DNA from: a virus
Lineage: Duplodnaviria; Caudoviricetes
Reading direction: 5' to 3' (one strand)
Length of the DNA stretch: 64,000 nucleotides
Virus record (IMG/VR): IMGVR_UViG_3300032225_002102
Coordinates: 65,292 to 129,291 of that record
Position 1 is the stretch's first letter. Each line of letters starts with the position of its first letter. Of the stretch, positions 63,501-64,000 are shown one piece after another. The position numbers and the translations under genes were made by a program. The notes beneath the pieces are model-generated. The model worked only from the letters and a program-made list of their open reading frames with translations, did not search any database and had not been told where the DNA came from.

Positions 63501-64000
63501 TATATAGTATCAGTTAATGTACCATCAATAACATCATTAGTACCTTTATTATAAATAGTATTATAATAATTATTAGTTGCTTTATCTACCCAAAATTGAT
63601 AACCTTCTTCTAATCCTTCATTCCATGTTATTGATTTTCCAGTAAAAATATTTTTAGCATAAGGTTGTCCTGTTTCAAGTGCTGTTTTCATTCCTTTTGT
63701 TACAGCATTTTTACTCCACCAATTAGAAGTTAATTGAAATGATTTTTCAAATCCATCTGCTGCTTTTCCAGTATATTTTAAACCTTTTGCTGCTGCTTGT
63801 TCAGATATGCTCATTACATCATCAAACTGCTTAAATATAGAGTTATTAAAAGGCATATTTGAAAATGTAAGTAAACCAAAGTTTAATAAGAATCTAGCAT
63901 CATGTGCTTGTTCTGCTACGTTTTTAATTTTATCTAAATCTGCTCCAGAAGGTAAATAACCATTTTTTTCTTTATATTCTTTAATTTTATCTAATGTAAA
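57596..64000 (-). CDS. Giant virion cargo/ejection protein with PD-(D/E)XK nuclease domain; 5'-truncated by the window
   Basis: Frame is open from 64000 (48 codons before the called ATG); EGLEEGYQ; GIAGILD...IYDFKT...QQTAY. Confidence 0.8.
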   Translation of the reverse strand, partial: FTLDKIKEYKEKNGYLPSGADLDKIKNVAEQAHDARFLLNFGLLTFSNMPFNNSIFKQFDDVMSISEQAAAKGLKYTGKAADGFEKSFQLTSNWWSKNAVTKGMKTALETGQPYAKNIFTGKSITWNEGLEEGYQFWVDKATNNYYNTIYNKGTNDVIDGTLTDTIYGLANSFYKTKEQLISTEGLQNIIGGIMGGTGQSIFSKGLDTSKLAYQASKIASDPKNNTTFGEEYKKLTGQWKEGSQFRIDTTSQIEEGKKDLLDIQKAINLNSITGDLQSKIEAVRGAYTGAGLMEETNSVVTFDKLKDITKFHTIAPMVMRGQSDILKEQLTSTLEDVTDDEFKLMTGLENITPGIKQQYISKVIEDVNKVEKSVKRNLSTFRNKYQKGTEEYDLYENAKKVFAFHGYMSENMMERKKDLESKNSILFNAPNITAALELATQGTNREGLLNQIKQRKNQFESDIRIATPVVKEGEETVIDEQTQQLIERAQAQIDTLTELETEVNGFKGENVKEVIDLINNVLSSFNQLELIQDDSTLNLQNQLDKILNTFTDHQILSSNLADHLETYNNLVQNYSDSEKLKEVLDKYKTQGMIVQSSFEGLKEINKQNEAIKYFFQKASEAGLPKDSEFYNEIIKGMKELQLKNAELQEYKDLIDKNIAQFIKEKENNLKKKGSEEDLQFKEDLLTFKNSLENVGLNPTQDDLEKINKALEYLKPRYNKLIKIDEKDLNEVQEENIKLLHQIFEIAQNILDNIPSSEEYLRNLVIEKKIIEINGKLKNITVLKNDSKYLELKKYIDDLIKIKEELKNQKEKSKLRENNEGNIDFLIAKIEKIIKSADDVANEEDINNSLNGNAKLTKEQIDSISKINKLIEDGKKAVLIDEALIKATLTKPEKVKESHYSFLGKLYQRVTNFFQKGDIFDNTDTVTNLMNAVVVGNYFDTFARLYYNNPNLTQEQFENELKKRKDYNQLSQIDVKDLFEGSKTRFLAIKKQIQIDLKDNNLVFITDNIFVHSDFKNGEWDGIAGILDMVVVNSKGKVYIYDFKTKSENSSKATIDSIESKRYGESYQEKWTKQQTAYSRLFKDTFGYVPDINIIVIPITYKLQSFTGKFDSFKDREKFKPIPSKVKFGSEPFIYKLKYDENNKLVVVLNNIKPNETDIDRKIIRLNNLKDLIAITDDLTTIESDIYKVIEKDLYDKWKKRLDEDEVNNDVDEIIPLDATVEELLNGTNRYLYNNYIDEELLILQNTPSNKTIEELVKEITYLREEELKELRKIIPNIDEFKKDGIIDEEKLLKEKLSEKVLKEYNKIYRRYNVIIKPLLNDLEAKKVANPEDNIPIEDYTKKGSIKSKILESIIFTNKDNEVEYIEENEEVFKTHVSLISNLIQDKLTNPDSSIDLNTLKLRKIDKILPKKDIRGTIVNLQFDKALARKTAENGIEITDDKGNYLMLVQSPENLYIDVPFILSYQEELFKDLPNRDEIIAKLSKYTTAVFLLEAIDSFLDPTLYKLLNEISVEVYNEITQKTTTQPLLQLRENYTDFVNILKTQKEKYDTLYNTEDSKMLNAFKSLYELDPYANGMNPNKEGKFGETKFTEDLSFNYIGKWKNPIFQIDEKDGRIIPENVEGFTIKEFEYYEQQIKNKLDQLKEKTPTFYDILIDKGTYFTIFSTESGEIFIKHIELRKYNARAIDIENNLNLENELFDKDSRELTTGVVENIKNKYLFFAYDKNKEGNSIKIDILEKDDDGKKSYSVKFLVFYYIDGVKTSVDYYLNNVTYDEMADLLSGKFKPNRQPFIAKSFKEKLEKDKTLPYSKFLKQLHNFSIIEKIAATPTKLLDGTYSIPNVNNETSVFQNVGFRLKFKEKQGGTIIPGSLIPEKAVKPKAKKVTKNPKAKNPVKKPAPPAPAKDFIDSLAENEANKKRAIELFKEIRKRNIDLTRISPEDQTFLAATLTQEMKDLVDMELNISKAQPDPFERETAIKLYLEIKSGTKAEFNLSLEERLIYLKYKDQFEEIVETELKDLQKDIEKIEILGWNNLTGLSDVGVGKEGVVWSDLQDKFKNKSDTLEILRKFEELKSPDTKALEKKKLRDNLKSYFNTISVKNYEEKTENPDKDIPNFRAIIDNKEVEEIAKQYTINCK

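Noticed and set aside
63854-63856. ATG at 63856 as the start of the 2086-aa protein
   Set aside because: The frame stays open to the window edge, so the true start lies upstream
1-64000. Genome-wide stop-codon recoding (TAG to Gln, or TGA to Trp) as in some Crassvirales
   Set aside because: Late genes up to 10.7 kb are uninterrupted in the standard code, and TGA is used in many ATGA overlaps; only isolated ambers are seen
1-64000. tRNA genes, CRISPR arrays, group I introns
   Set aside because: No cloverleaf or regularly spaced repeats recognised; both GIY-YIG homing endonucleases lie between intact genes. This was a by-eye check only

Overview
A 64-kb, very AT-rich fragment of a crAss-like phage (Crassvirales), probably infecting Bacteroidota. 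The host call rests on TAnnTTTG promoters and A-rich starts lacking Shine-Dalgarno sequences. The + strand (1-31275) is an early/replication arm. It carries an SF2 helicase, HNH, a DnaB-like helicase, an AAA ATPase with a class-3 LAGLIDADG intein, SSB, primase, GIY-YIG nucleases, rIIA/rIIB, DUF932, gp88-like, PRTase, an atypical UDG, BRO, MazG and many small hypothetical genes. The - strand (31279-64000) is a late arm with two tail-fibre-like proteins, a lysis cassette (GH19 endolysin plus an inserted GIY-YIG) and four coupled virion cargo/ejection genes, including the 3557-aa DFDID-type RNA polymerase. The most striking observation: these four cargo proteins (about 7,900 aa in the window) contain only six cysteines. 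Each junction has a penultimate Cys on the upstream protein facing an N-terminal Cys on the next, and the last protein lacks the C-terminal one. This suggests an ordered head-to-tail disulfide 'daisy chain' of injected proteins, which a nucleotidyltransferase gene appears to have joined by carrying both tags. The cargo also carries NADAR, DUF4326-like and PD-(D/E)XK domains. A kissing-loop RNA with its own promoter precedes the SSB gene. All calls are by-eye motif recognition; no searches were run.
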